The notes beneath the pieces are model-generated. The model was not told the origin of the DNA and ran no database searches. It saw only the letters and a list, made by a program, of their open reading frames with translations. The translations under genes and the position numbers were made by a program. Positions 1-13,095 of a DNA stretch of 64,000 bases are shown here, one piece after another; position 1 is the stretch's first letter, and every line of letters starts with the position of its first letter. The stretch is from Antechinus flavipes (taxonomy: Eukaryota). The stretch lies in NCBI RefSeq assembly GCF_016432865.1, contig NC_067398.1:109678001-109742000 (forward strand), read 5' to 3'.

Positions 1-676
1 CTAAGTATTTCTGGAGGGAATGTCTGGGCCTTGCTCGAATCTGTAATGTATTCTCAATGTAATGTGTCTTGCTGCTTCTTTATTTATTGTGGGCAGTATT
101 CTTTAAGGATTTCAGGGATCAGAGCAAACTGGGGACATAAATTTTTGATACTCTCAAATTTAACTGATCCAGTAAAATCTGATCAATATCCTCCTGTTCT
201 AACTCTTGACCCTGGTCTGGTCTTGAACTATGGACCTCCTCGTTGGAATTTCAGTAGAATCATTATTCAGCTGTATGCGTTATATCAGGAATACTACACT
301 CAAGACCCTCCTATGATCAGAACCACAGAGCTGCTCCTTAAGTCTGTTCCTTTCTCAGTACAAAGAGCTTGGAGACTACTTCCCCAAAGTCAACAGACCT
401 CTTCCTGTCCTGGACTGCTTTCTCTAGGCACAGGTCTCTTCCTCAAGTCTGCAGTGGCTTTGTAAATGCTTTACTCAAGACTTTTTTTTTGACCAAATGC
501 ACAGCCACAGGCTCTCCTCCTCCCAGTCTCCACAAGTGAGAACCCTTCTGGCCAGATCTCATTCCGCTGCATCCAAAGATCCCTATCTTTCTCCCTATGC
601 CAACATGGGGCTGGAAAAATAGCTCAGAATAAGCTTTTCCTCAGATTTTCTGATCAGAATTCAGTCTGGTACCTTA

Positions 677-680
<4 letters not shown>
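1..680 (-). mobile_element. Marsupial L1 5' UTR fragment
   Basis: Reverse complement contains ccagactgaattctgatcagaaaatc...tttttccagccc, resembling marsupial L1 5' ends; the 144-aa ORF at 31-465 has no recognisable homology. Confidence 0.5.
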
Positions 681-733
<53 letters not shown>

Positions 734-751
734 ACACACACACACACACAC
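680..751. repeat. (CA)n microsatellite
   Basis: Direct reading. Confidence 0.97.
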
Positions 752-1149
752 CTCACACCTTTTCAGAGAACTTGTGGAGCAGAGCTGGGTTAAACAGCTT
801 TTTCTTACTATATTTTGGCTGGTCTCATTACTTAAATCCCTCTATTTTTCAAATAAATTCCATTTCTATGCTATTCTTAGGGTATTACTATGTTTAAACA
901 CTGCTAAAATATTGTCCTTATGGCCCATATCTTACAATAACTTTCTATTTTTGCTACTTCAATAAGCAAGTTCCTTTGGATATGTTTCAAGCATCAGAAC
1001 AAAAAATTAAGGAGATGATCAATAATATGGCTTATTTTATTATACCTACAGTGCTTGTTCAAACACTAAAAAACCAAAACCAAGAAACTATAGTTTTTGC
1101 TACAAATAAATAATTGTGAGGCAAATTTAGAGGGTTGGTCCTGAGTCTC

Positions 1150-1206
1150 ATATATATATATACATATATATATATGTATATATATATATGTATATATATA
1201 TATATA
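1150..1206. repeat. (TA)n microsatellite, imperfect
   Basis: Direct reading. Confidence 0.95.
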
Positions 1207-2103
1207 ATGTACTGGGATAGAATAAGACATAATATTGAATTACTGTTTAAAAATTTTAGCAAACTAGATTCTGTCTTCAAGGATCCCACAGTTCCTATGG
1301 ATATTCTAACTGTGTAGAAGTATTATAAATATTTGCATTTCATTGAATCTGCATATTACGTCTTAATTACTATTAGTTCCATCCTGTATCCCTACTTCAG
1401 AATACAATATGGTAGAAAGAAGACTATCTGAATCAGAAAATCTAGATTTTAATTTAAGATCGGCCACCTACTAGTTATAAGTAGCTAATTTCTGTCTGCA
1501 AAATGGGGGAAAAACATATTATTGATACTATCTCTCCCACAAAGTTATTAGTATTAAATTGAAATAATAAACATGAAACACAAAATAAATAAAAATACAA
1601 ATGACAAAGTGCCATATAATAAAGTCAGCAATTAATAAACAGTTGGACAAATTATAATAAAACAATGTCCAAATCATAATAAAAACCTCATATATAGAAT
1701 TCTTTAACATAATGAAAAAGAATGCAAGTACAATATAGTTACACAATAAAAAAATTTAAGTAATCAACTATTCAATAAAACCTGAAATCAAACCTAAGAT
1801 CTCAAAACTGAGTGAAACCTTTTGAGCTGATGATATAAAATGCAATAAAGTTAGAAAGCAAAAGCTTCAAGTTAATGCCTTTTACCAAATAAGAAACAGA
1901 AAACAGAATGATTAAAAAATCATGATTGCTCAATTCTTAATTCAGAAATGTGTAGTAATCTTTTTCTACACATGTTTCATCATACCTAAATCATGAATAT
2001 TAGTTAATATTGTTTATCTCTCCCTGCAACTCTTCCAAATCTCTTCTTTCCTCCACCTTTTTGTATACCTCACATGATACCCTTTTAGTTGAGACCCTTG
2101 CCT

Positions 2104-2259
2104 ATTTATTTATTTGTTTGTTTTTCCTGAGGCAATGGGTTTAGTGACTTGCCTGGGGTCACACAGGTAGGAAATGTTAAGTGTCTGAGACCACATTTGA
2201 ACTCAGGTCCTCCTGAATTCAGGGCTGGTGCTCTATCTACTGAGTCACTTAGCTGCCCC
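2104..2259 (-). mobile_element. WSINE1-type tRNA-derived SINE
   Basis: ctgaggcaatgggtttagtgacttgcc...gtgtctgag...ggtgctctatctactgagtcacttagctgcccc. Confidence 0.88.
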
Positions 2260-2429
2260 CTGCCTCATTCTTTATTGACAAATTTAAAATCATCGATGGC
2301 AATATCCTTTTTCTTTCTGATTCTACCGAACTTTTGACATATTCCACTATATACTCCTTTAGCAGTCTCTGATGATGAAGGTAGGCCTTCTCTAAGACCT
2401 GAGTAAGGAGAGTATCAAATGGGTGTTAT

Positions 2430-2780
2430 TGTTATATCACACTACTGACTCACTTAAGTTTGCAAACTACTAAAATCCCCATATTTCCTGTTTTCCATCT
2501 TATATTGGTGAAGCTGATTTTTTATATCTATGTCAAGTCCTGGACTTGACAGATATTCCTATTAAAATCAGTCTTCCTTAATTCAGCCCAAAGCCTTTTT
2601 TTGGCCTGCCAAGAAACTTGTACATCCTGTCATTCATTATATAAACAGCTATCCCTCCTAAATTTGAATCATCCACACTTTCTGCAGCATTAATCTCCTT
2701 CTTGAATTTGGTCTTCTTTCTATCTCTGTGATTCTGGTCTCTGGATGATGTTTAACTTTGTCTAGCTTTAAGCAACATCA
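2430..2780 (-). mobile_element. L3/CR1 LINE ORF2 3' fragment
   Basis: Reverse complement ggagggatagctg...gaatgacaggat...tgggctgaatt...ttttaataggaat...ggggattttagtagtttgcaaactt resembles the CR1/L3 RT tail; multiple stops. Confidence 0.7.
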
Positions 2781-2949
2781 CGCCACTTTGCAAGCATTTC
2801 CAAAAACTGCTAAAAGACAGCCCCTGCTCCCAAAGAGCTTTTAAATGGAGAAAGGCAATTCACAAAAAGGAACTGAAGAAGGGCTCAGAGTGGAATGAAA
2901 AAGTAATTGCATGGTATTGAAGTGCAAAAAATTTGCAGACACACCTATC

Positions 2950-3340
2950 TTTTTTTTTTTCTGATTTACAGTATTTTTCTTCAACCTGAAAGTTTTGAAT
3001 TTTGGCTATGACATTTCTGGGAGTAATCAATTCATGGTTTCTTATAATTTTCTCTTTGTGCTTTGATTAAATGCATCTGGACAGTTTTTTTTTTTTTTAT
3101 GATTATTTGAAACATAGTATTTCTAGGGGTTTTTTTTCTCCCAGTCATGGCATCCATGGAGTCCAATAATTTTCATCCTGTTTTCTAGACTATTTTTGAT
3201 AGTATCTCATATGTTCATATAATTTTTCAGTATTTTGATTTTATTCTCACATTTTTCAATTAATGAATAAATTCTGGGAAATGTTTGCAACATTTTATTT
3301 TTCATAGTGTTTACTTGAATTGTTTTTTATCATCTAATCA
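2950..3340 (-). mobile_element. Old L1/HAL1 ORF1-region fragment
   Basis: aaagttttgaattttggctatgacatttctgggagt... typical antisense marsupial L1 ORF1 3' part. Confidence 0.5.
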
Positions 3341-5173
3341 AAGGATTCTTTTGCAGAGTCCAGAAAGCCCCCCAAAAGGGCTTGTAAATTTGATTTTTTT
3401 CCTATTTTGATAGCTGTATTTCAACATGATTTGCTTCCTTTATAATTCTATTTATTTTATTTCTATGTATTTAAAATCATTACTGAGAAAGGGTCCATGA
3501 CATAAAAAAAATTACCCCCTCCAAGTTGCTTATTTTCCTGTCAAGTGATTTAATTTCACTTCTCCCCCTCCTCCCACCCCCCCTCCAATCCCCCTTCTCT
3601 CTCTCCCCTCCTGGAGTCCTTATGAATTAATTCGTTTGGAGTCTGACTTCTAATTACTACAATTATTTCCTATGAGATAATTTTTTCTTGGGTTTCTCTT
3701 AACAAATAGTGGATATGGAATTTTTAAAAGTTCTAATAGAAATTTTTTCTGCTTACTTATGTTTTTTGTCTTAGTGAGTCAGAGGCAAATTTTGTCCCCT
3801 TGTTTGACCTTGGCTAGAGTGGATAGATTCTTTGTATGACCACAGCCTGAAAAGAGATGGCACTATACTAAGATTAAGTCATTCCCTATTACAATTCAGA
3901 TCTTCTACTGCTGCCTTTCATAGTTCTGGGTGGAATAGCCTGGTCCTGGTCCCCATCTCTCCTACCATCATGCCTTGCTTGGGACACCACTTAGTGCCAA
4001 GCATGAGCTTCACCCCACAGCCAAAGTACATAGTTGCTTTCCCCCATCTCCTGGCAGTCCCTGACTGAGAAATCATATTTTGACCAGGTACAATCCTCTG
4101 ACAAAGCTGTTTCCTTACCTACTCCTGGCCCCCCAGATTAAAGTCTATAAAGTTCAATCCTTGAACTCAGTGGTCTTTCCCTTTAGTTTTGCAGAATCTA
4201 TTTTATCCACAACTTTTATCAACCCTGAGAAGATTCTCAGAGAACTGGCTTTGGTGGTACTTTTCACATTGTCATCTCTGCCAGAGGTCTTTTGCTTTTG
4301 TCACATTCTAAAATGTATATACTATTTATCTTCAAGATCCATTACACCCCCAATAAACTCCCAAGTTTGAGGTCTGAAACAGCTTCTCATTTATATTTAT
4401 ATCTTTCCCAGTATCTAATACTGTAAATCACATTAAGTAGACTTAATAATTCATATTTAAGGAATATTTGTTACTGAATGAGGGGATCTCTTCATGTCCT
4501 CCTTTATATGTATTTACAAGTCATGGAGATTCATAAAAGCCTTCATGCCTAAAGTCAAACTTAGGAAATCAAAATATTTTCTTGGAGGGAAAAACAAAAC
4601 AAAACACCACAGTATTTATATTTAAACACAAGTCTTACTACTTCCAGCCAGGAACATAAAATTTCTATTCTTTATTTCACCAATGAGCCAGAAAATAGAT
4701 AATCCATTGTAATATTCAGTTCATTTTTTATTAAAAATCCTTACTCTTTCCTTTTCTCATTTCTTCCTGAAACTTGAGAGTAGAAAGGAATGGTAACAAA
4801 AAAATTTGAAAACTAAAACTCTGTTATTCACATATTTTATTTGAAAATTACTAACATTTATGAGTTTTTTCTTTGGGTTTAACAAGTATGTAATAAGTAG
4901 AAGGAAATCTTAATATCTATCAGCCAATAGTATAATGAAGTAAAGGGGAAGACAGGAAATGAGCCATGATTCCTCTATGAAAGAATCTGACTTTATAATG
5001 TAGGTGATCTTAAACGCTTCAGGAAATATTTCTGTAGGTAGTCCTGCTCACTGATAAACTGATTTAAAACTTCAATAAGAGCCTTTAAAATCACCTTTGT
5101 TAAACTATCACATCAATTTAAGCAGTTAGATTTCAGATACTAAATGGTTTGGAAAGGGAGCAAATAGAAGCAG

Positions 5174-5294
5174 ATATATAGATATATTTACATATATATA
5201 TATATACATATATATATATACACATATATATATCTATATATCAGAATCTGATATAATTGTAAAGGTCAAGATAAGAAAAAACAAAGCCTTTATT

Positions 5295-5330
<36 letters not shown>
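5174..5330. repeat. Two (TA)n/(TACA)n microsatellites
   Basis: 5174-5240 and 5296-5330 read directly. Confidence 0.9.
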
Positions 5331-5346
<16 letters not shown>

Positions 5347-5448
5347 GCTGAGGCAATTGGACTTGCCTAAGGTCACACAGCTAGAAAGTGTTAAAGTCTG
5401 AGGATAAATCTGAACTCAGGTCCTTCTGACTTCAGGAATGGTGCTCTA
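5331..5448 (-). mobile_element. WSINE1 SINE, 5'-truncated, abutting an oppositely oriented SINE head
   Basis: polyT-gctgaggcaattgg...ggtcacacagctagaaagtgttaa...tgaactcaggtcc...ggtgctcta. Confidence 0.85.
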
Positions 5449-5688
5449 GATAGAGAACCTGAGTTCAAATCTGCCCCTCATATAGTTTATTTTTAAAGAC
5501 AAAATGGAATAGCTTCATACTAGATGTCCTTAAAATTATTGGTATATTATGCCCTTAACTTGTGTTTGTCTCTGAGATTCTGTTTAAAATACATATATAA
5601 TATTCTAATTGCTAACTCAGAAAATGTTTTTACATTCAGTAAAAATATCAGTTAATGAAAAATGAGGAAAAAATAAAATAGTTTGCCA

Positions 5689-6149
5689 TGATCCTTAGAG
5701 AGAGGCGAAGCTTTCTCAAGAAGTCTAGGAGACTAGGCCTAAGTCACATGAGCCCTATTCTCAGAGGTCTGCAAATTGGGAAGATCAGGTCCTTGGGCCC
5801 AGGTTGCAGAAAGTCACATGATCTCTAGGCCTAAAGGTCTCTAAAAGCCAAAACCCTACGTCAGTGACAGGAAGTGAAGTGACCCACAGGAAGCAGACAA
5901 CATTAGTGACCACTGATCAATGATGATTACTTCCTTGTAATCCATCCTATGAAAAGGCTTGGATTTTTTGCTATTTAACCTGCTTTACTGCTTCCCATTT
6001 ATGAGGACCATAAGCACGTTGGGAGCTGAGATGCTTCCCAGGTGTGCTTGAGTCTCTCCCTGTAGAGACTAAATAAATGCTTTCTCTTTGTACCTGAAGA
6101 TGTCTCTGATTAGTTAATTTGGGGAAGGGGGTCTAGCACCTGTCCCACA
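5689..6149 (+). mobile_element. Solo LTR (ERV)
   Basis: TG...CA ends, TATA-like ctatttaa ~5971, AATAAA ~6072, U5-like ggggaagggggtctagcacctgtcccaca; TSD not resolved. Confidence 0.7.
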
Positions 6150-8199
6150 CACATAAAATGTTATTTTCATGTTACTTGGAAATTTCAAATGCTACCACAA
6201 CTTAACACAGCTCTCAAAGTTCTCAGGAATAGTAAGGAGTTTGTGTGTATCTGTGTGACTAAACTGAGTGCACTACTTGCTTTTGATAAAAGTTACTTAT
6301 TTTTGGCAGTTTTGTCAGTCTCTTCAAACTCCAGTTCATTATATACCAATATTTTTATATGACCCATAATTTACGTCTATATTTCTGAACACATTTTTTT
6401 TGGGGGGGGGATTCAGTCATAAGATTTACTTGGAGCAGTTAAGCAACAACTCCATAAAAAAAGTCCTAGGGCCTAGAGCGTGAAGAGATAACTTTACCCA
6501 CCCATGACCACAAATCTATGTCAGAAGCAGTACATGAACCCAATCTTTCCTAACTTCATAACCATTTAACCCCTTCTATTTAATAAACTTCAGTGATTCC
6601 CTATAATTTCTATGATCAAAGATAACTTTCTCTGTTCATCTTTTAAACCATTCAAAATCTAGCCCCTGCCTACATCTCTTATATATATTTTATGATTCGA
6701 TGACAATGACCTCCTTACCATTCTTTTCACAAAACATTCTACCTCCCGACTGTGCATTATCAATAGCTGTCCCACCTGCTTAGAATGCCCTCCTTCCTCA
6801 TCTTTAATTCCTGGCCTACTTTAATTCTTAGTTATCATTTTCTACAGGAAGCTTTTCCTGGTCTCCCTTAATGCTAGTGCCTTTCTTCTGAGATAACTTT
6901 GTTAATAACAAGAACTGTTTTTACCTTTCTTTGTATCCCCAGCTCTTTCTTAACCCAGAGTCTGAGGTTTATTAAGTGCTGAATAAATTCTTGTTGCTTC
7001 TTCTCCTTTTTATTGCATGATATTGGTATTTAAATTATCCCTTTCTTTCTGATAGATGGTTAACATGGAGTTGAGTAGTTAAAATTAACTAAATGGCAAA
7101 TGCTGTTCACAGGTCAATAACAAATTTAAAAGATAAGAAAAACTTGGCTCTTTTCTCCTCAAAATCAATTTCTCTTTCATAGTGAACTAGTTAATGAGAA
7201 GCATCTCATAAAAGACAGGCTTACAACATACTTATAAATGACACTTAAATAACATGCTTTGTATTTTGGGAGGCTATACAGTATGTATAACAGATAAATG
7301 GAATGAGAGCATATTAGAATAGATGATTATTAACTATAGAATATTTTATTGTAACATGAGACATTAATCTTGTAGTCAGAATTCAAGTCCAGACTGATAC
7401 ATGTAACTTGTCCTATCCTAGGCAAGTCTACCTATCTCTCTGTTCCTCCCCTTCATCATTTATAAATCAGGGATAATACTTATATTGCCTATTCTACTTC
7501 ACAAGGCTGATGTGAAGAAAGAGCTTTGAAAAGCTTTACACACTAAACAAGGAAATTATTCTATAAAACTCTGTTCAAATGTTTTGTTGTCAAGGGACTA
7601 AATATTTAATGAAATTTCTAAAGTAAAATAAATATTCAAGTATAAATGCAAAAATACATACTCAAGCTAAAGAGAAATTACTTCTGAATTACATGTAGCA
7701 TAGCTCCTTTTTAAAAAAATTCAAATGTTCAGGAACTATAATTGTTAAAAGAACTATGACAGAAAAAGATACTTTAGTGATGATCCCTCAAATGCTTTCT
7801 AGCTTTAAATCTTATAGTTTTTCTGCCCTTTCATCAGATGTTTAATAAACACTGGTCTAAAAAGATTTTTAAGAGGTTATAAAAGAAATATAAAACTTAT
7901 AGAGTTAGGGAAAGGAAGAAGGAAACGTAAGGAAAGAAGGAAAGTTACCCAAGGCTGAATGAACTAAAAGCAGATCTGAAATGACATCTTGTTGGAAACT
8001 ATTAATGAGCATAGACATCTGAGCTGTTTCTCAGATGTGATGTAACAGGGGAAAGATATGTACTTCTAAAGTGAAGTGTGCTGTCACATAATACAGGACA
8101 TCTGATAAACTAACAATAAAAGAAGCTGATGTACTCATAAGATTTGGAAAAGAGACTCAAGAGAAAATTATTCCATATATGAGTCAGGGAAGAGAAATT

Positions 8200-8930
8200 G
8201 CCTATTCCTTGTTTGGGACATTTTAATTCTATTTTAAAATGTATATTTGTATCAACTTTTTTTGTTATTTTTAAATATAAACTAAATATCCTTTTCTATT
8301 ACTCTCCCTTTCCCAGAAAGCTATTCCTTATAAACAAATTTTTTTTTAAAAAAGCAAAACTGATCAATATATTAAAAAAACAAATAATCCTGACAATATA
8401 TGTAATGTTTCACATTCATGGACCACTGTTTTCCCATCCCCTGACAAGGAGTAACTAAAGGGAGGTATCTTATATTACTTTTTGGGGGCCAAATTAATCA
8501 TTACACTTTTGTAGCATTTAGTTTTTAGGTTTTTTTAGTTATATTATTTCCATTTATACTGTTGCAGTCATTGTGTATGCTGTTTTTTTGACTCTGCCAA
8601 CTTTACCATGATTAGTTCATATAATCTGTTTCTATATTTCCCTACATTCGTATCTATCAATTTTTGTAGCACAGTAATAATAGTCTATTGCATTCATCCA
8701 TGACAATTTGTATAACCCATTTTCTATCTGACGCTATTCCCTCCATTTTTAAGTTATAGGTACTTCTAATTTCCCTTCCTCTTTTGTTTTTCTTCTTTGT
8801 GTTTCCCCTATTCTTCCCCTCATATGGCCCAAACTAATAGACAGGAGACACAGAGTTGAGAGATACAAGACCCAAATCAATTAATTTGTTTCCTTACTCT
8901 AAACCCTGATATACAGTACAGCTGAAATTG
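8200..8930 (-). mobile_element. Old L1 3' end fragments
   Basis: tcctgacaatatatgtaatgtttcacattcatg..., gatgccaactt/tcatataatct-type antisense L1 3' motifs. Confidence 0.5.
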
Positions 8931-9555
8931 TTTTCCTTCTTTTTTGTTGCCAGCATAAAAGAAAAATGTTTTATTCAGTTTGATTTAAAATAGATGGGCT
9001 TTGATAAAACTGAGAGCCTTTAAACAATGTATAATGGATTACAAAGAAGTCACAACCCCTTTCAAATTCATTTTTCTCATCTATAAAATGAGGGTGTTGG
9101 AATTGATAATCTCTCAGATTTCTTCTACCTCTATAAAGTTTTATGATCAATATTATTATATATTCATAAGCATAATGTTCATCCTTATGTAATAAGGATA
9201 TGTAATAAGATGGATAAGAACACTGGACCTAGGGTCAGGAAAATTTAAGTTCTGCTCCTTCCACAGATACTTAATAGCTATGTGATCTTACCTAAATTAT
9301 TAATCTCTCTCATACTCACTTTCCTCATTTGTAAAATAAGTAGGTGTAGGATTTAATGCCCTCTAAGTTCTCTTTCTGCTCTAAATTTAGGATCCTATGA
9401 ACAAAAAAGCATTTTTTATTAAATATAATTGCAAAGTACATCAATTATCCTATTTCCAATCCTTATATAACACTGTAACATCCTTGACAAATGATCATCT
9501 AGTCTCTACTTTAGAAGCTCCAGGAGTAATAGCCTACTGTTAATCACCTCAAAAG

Positions 9556-9629
9556 TAGTAACCTTGCTTCTTTTAAATACAATTATTCCATTAGTAACCT
9601 TGCTTCTTTTAAATACAATCTATTCCATT
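9556..9629. repeat. 36-bp direct tandem duplication
   Basis: tagtaaccttgcttcttttaaatacaat(c)tattccatt twice, one-base indel. Confidence 0.92.
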
Positions 9630-10212
9630 TTAGGGGAACTCTAATAATAAAACTCTTATTACTGGATCCTTAACTAACTGACTTATCAGCTAATTCCTGA
9701 ATTTTATATTCCAGCTTCTATTTCTGTTCTGTGTCTTTGCACAGATTGCTCAATATGCCTTCCTAATCATCTCTGTCTCTCAGAATCTTTAACTTTCCTA
9801 AAGGGTCCATTCAGTTATTATTTTCTAAGAGATTTTTGATCCTTTGTTGTTTCCCCCAGTTGTTGGAGCTCTCCCTCCTCAAGTTACCTTGTATTATTCA
9901 TCATTATATATGATATATCCCAAGTAGAACGTAAGCTCTGGTAAGATCTGTGAGAACAGGAAATGTTTCATTTTTGTCTTCGTAGTTCTAGTGTCTATCA
10001 CAATGCCTTTATACGGAAAAGATATCAATAAATGTTAAATTGAATTAGTAAATTCTCCTCTAAATTGTGTCTAAATGTACATCCTCCTGTAATTTCTGTC
10101 CTTCAATACTAACTACAGAGTACACAACATCAACACTGACTCACAATCCATCATTTCTCTTAACTCTAGTATTCCCATTTACAATGAACAAAGTTCTACA
10201 TATTCTATAAGT

Positions 10213-10466
10213 GAACAGCTAGGTGGCGCAGTGGATAAAGTGCTGGGCCTAGAATCAAAAGACTCATCTTCCTTAATTCAAATGTGACCTCAGATACTTA
10301 CTAGCTGTGTGAGCCTGGACAAGTCACTTAATCTGTGTGTTCCAGTTTTTTTATCTGTTAAAATGAACTGGAAAAGAAAATGGCAAACCACTCCAGTATC
10401 TTTACCAAGAAAAACCCAAATGGGATCATGAAGAGTTGGACACAACTGAAAAGACTGAACAACAAC
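10213..10466 (+). mobile_element. MAR1 (CORE-SINE)
   Basis: cagctaggtggcgcagtggataaagtgctgggcc...aaaatggcaaaccactccagtatcttt...ttggacacaactgaaaagactgaacaacaac. Confidence 0.88.
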
Positions 10467-10671
10467 CTACATTACAGAGAGCCATAAAAAGAGGTACTAG
10501 CTTGGCCTGGAGTTTCAGAATAGGGTTGTATTATAAAAACACTAAAATTAAAACTTGTGACATAAATAGGCAACTTCTTCATATAAAAAGTTGTCTTAAA
10601 ATTCAGCATTTTATTTCATTTCCTTTTCTACTACATTTTTTCTTTAATACATATTATAATGACTATCTACT

Positions 10672-10930
10672 CACAGGGCAATCTTCGTCCTAAATTGGGG
10701 TCCACACCTACAAACTGCAGAACAAATTCCTGCCACTTGCCTGTTTTTGGTCTGCTTTTGTATAGCCCTAATACTAAGAATAAGTTTTTTAAAAAATATT
10801 AAAACAAAATGTTACTGCATCTAAAAAGCATGGTTTTTACATTTTAAACAGAAATTTAATTGTATTTAAAAATGTAAAAAACATTCTCAGGTACTGGATA
10901 TCCAAAAACAGGTGGCAGATTTGGCACTAT
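10672..10930. mobile_element. MER58-like hAT-Charlie fragment
   Basis: gcctgtttttggtctgcttttgtatagccc...ctaagaat...ggtttttacatttt resembles MER58-type internal sequence. Confidence 0.4.
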
Positions 10931-12160
10931 TGACAATTTGCTAACATTAACTCCCTGCTTTAGACTAGTAACCATCAAATCTAAGTATAATTTGCAAGTG
11001 AAATTTACTGAATTTTCTCAACATAATTCCTTCCATGCTTAGTCAATTTCTCCCATCAGTTTCTAAAAGTAAAATTAGTTTAGTGACTAAAATAAAGTAT
11101 TAGAAAATATTCCCAAATGATTATAAAATAAGAAGCAACTGATGTTAAGAAAAGCTAGAAAATGCCATTTACCTGTATTTTTTGAACATCATAATTTCCA
11201 CTCTGTAAATAAATTAGATTTGAAATAGTGTAGCTTGGACATATCTGAGTTGTTATTATATTGATAAGGTAGAGTATGGAAAGAAGAAGGCAGACAAGTG
11301 ATTCCACAGATATAATGAATTTAATATGAGCAAATTCCCACTACCAAAGTAGATAAGCAACTATAATACAATTTACATATTTAAAGAATTTGCAGGGGCG
11401 TACAGAAAGGTCACATGACTTATCCAAAGCTACATTCCAGTGTAGGGAGAGACAGTACTACAATTCAGATCTTTCTGGGTTCTCTAATCAGGTCATCCTT
11501 CTATCCACTTAAATCAAACTACCTTACACCTCATATCTCACCTTTCATAAAGAATAGCAAATGTCTACCTATCTCTCACCCAGAAATCAGAATAGTAATA
11601 ATCATTAAAAAAATTTCAAGTTTTCTAATAAACATAACTAAGGAGTCAATTTCAATTATTAATGTTCACAAAGAAATCAAATTTAAGCAACTGGATTCTG
11701 TAGCTTCCAAAAAGACAATAATTATAAAACTTATTAAAATATCAGGAGTTACAGCATATGTGTAAAATCAAATTAAAATGTATATTTAGTACACTGATTA
11801 CAAAGTACAAAATATAAGGTATTCTTTCTTAATTTAATAGTCATTTAAATTCCAATAGAGTTCTGTCTAAACTTTACTGGAAAAAATAAAAGCACAAGAT
11901 ATAATAAGAACAATCTCTATACTATTTAAAATATTTCTAAGACTTGGCTAATAGTTAATTTATTTTAACCTAAATTTCACTCACACACACAAAAATGACA
12001 AGCCTAACAAATTTGGAGTTTCTTGACAAAGGAATCTGATATATACATTCAAAATAGGCTGTCTTTGTTTGTATCTACTTTTAAATTGGCAAAACTGTAA
12101 TGCTTTTTTCAAGGGTATAACATATAAATAAAAAATAAAAGATGAAAAACAAAAACTTAC

Positions 12161-12240
12161 TTGGGATATACAGGCTCATAAAGGTACTTTTCTCCTCTTG
12201 CTGATGCAATATGAAAAAATAATATGTAGCCATTTGCTGT
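12161..12240 (-). CDS. RIC1: RIC1 coding exon 3 (80 nt)
   Basis: TCTCTTTCAG| [26 protein letters not shown](K) |GTAAGT; matches RIC1, ends in phase 2. Confidence 0.98.
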
Positions 12241-12589
12241 CTGAAAGAGATAAATTTTATTAATTATAAAATAAAAATACTTTCCCCTGTCACTTTAATA
12301 AAGTACGCTATTATTTTTCTGAATTGTATCTTCATTTATTATTCATTAATTTCAAACTTAAAAAATAAGCCTTTTGAAAGAATACCATCCTGATGAACTT
12401 TTCAAAAGAAGTGTAAACTATAAGCAACTATATGAAATCACAGTAAAAAGAAAAAAGGCATATCAGAAGAACTTTGAGGTTCCATTCACACTCAACAAAG
12501 AAGCAATACTCTATTTCCCTCCCTCCCTCCGGCTCTCTTTCCAAGGGAGTCAGTGATAAAAAAGAAAAACCTCATATTTGCCAAAAAGT

Positions 12590-13095
12590 GATAGCACTTT
12601 TTTGTACTAATAAATAACCAAAAATAAAGTAGATTCTCATCAACCAGGGAAATGGTTAAATAAGTTGTTGTATATTAATATAAGATAATATTTAGAAATG
12701 ATGAATAATACAGAAAAGTTTAGAAAGAATTATATGGAATGATGCAAAGTAAAGTAAGCAGAACCAAGAAAATAATATAAATGATCACTACAGTAACAAC
12801 AATAAAATAACAGAAACTAAATGGTGTGAAATTATGATGATGGAACTTGGCTGCAAAGAACATGAGGCCTTCTCTTTCTTTGGAAAGGTGAAAGACTTTG
12901 GATATGAAAAACTACAATGGAAGACTTTTTCATTATGTTGTTTAATTTTCTTTAATAGGTTTCTTTTCCTTTTTTTAATTTTTTTGATATAAAGGATGGC
13001 TATTCTCCTAACAGATGGCTTTCTGGGAGGGAGTAAAGGGAAGGAAGGATACATTGAGAAATGTAGTTTATATAAAAACAAAAGGTAACAAAAAA
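12590..13095 (+). mobile_element. Old L1/HAL1 3' end
   Basis: catcaaccagggaaatggttaaataagttg...gatgcaaagtaaagtaagcagaaccaagaaaa...A-rich tail. Confidence 0.65.

Noticed and set aside
31-465. 144-aa plus-strand ORF
   Set aside because: Antisense to a probable L1 5' UTR, TTG start, no recognisable homology.
2380-2815. Looked like a processed pseudogene (long near-open minus frame)
   Set aside because: Nucleotide motifs match an L3/CR1 RT tail.
5411-5467. 11-bp stem hairpin TGAACTCAGGT...ACCTGAGTTCA
   Set aside because: Explained by head-to-head B-box regions of two tRNA-derived SINEs.
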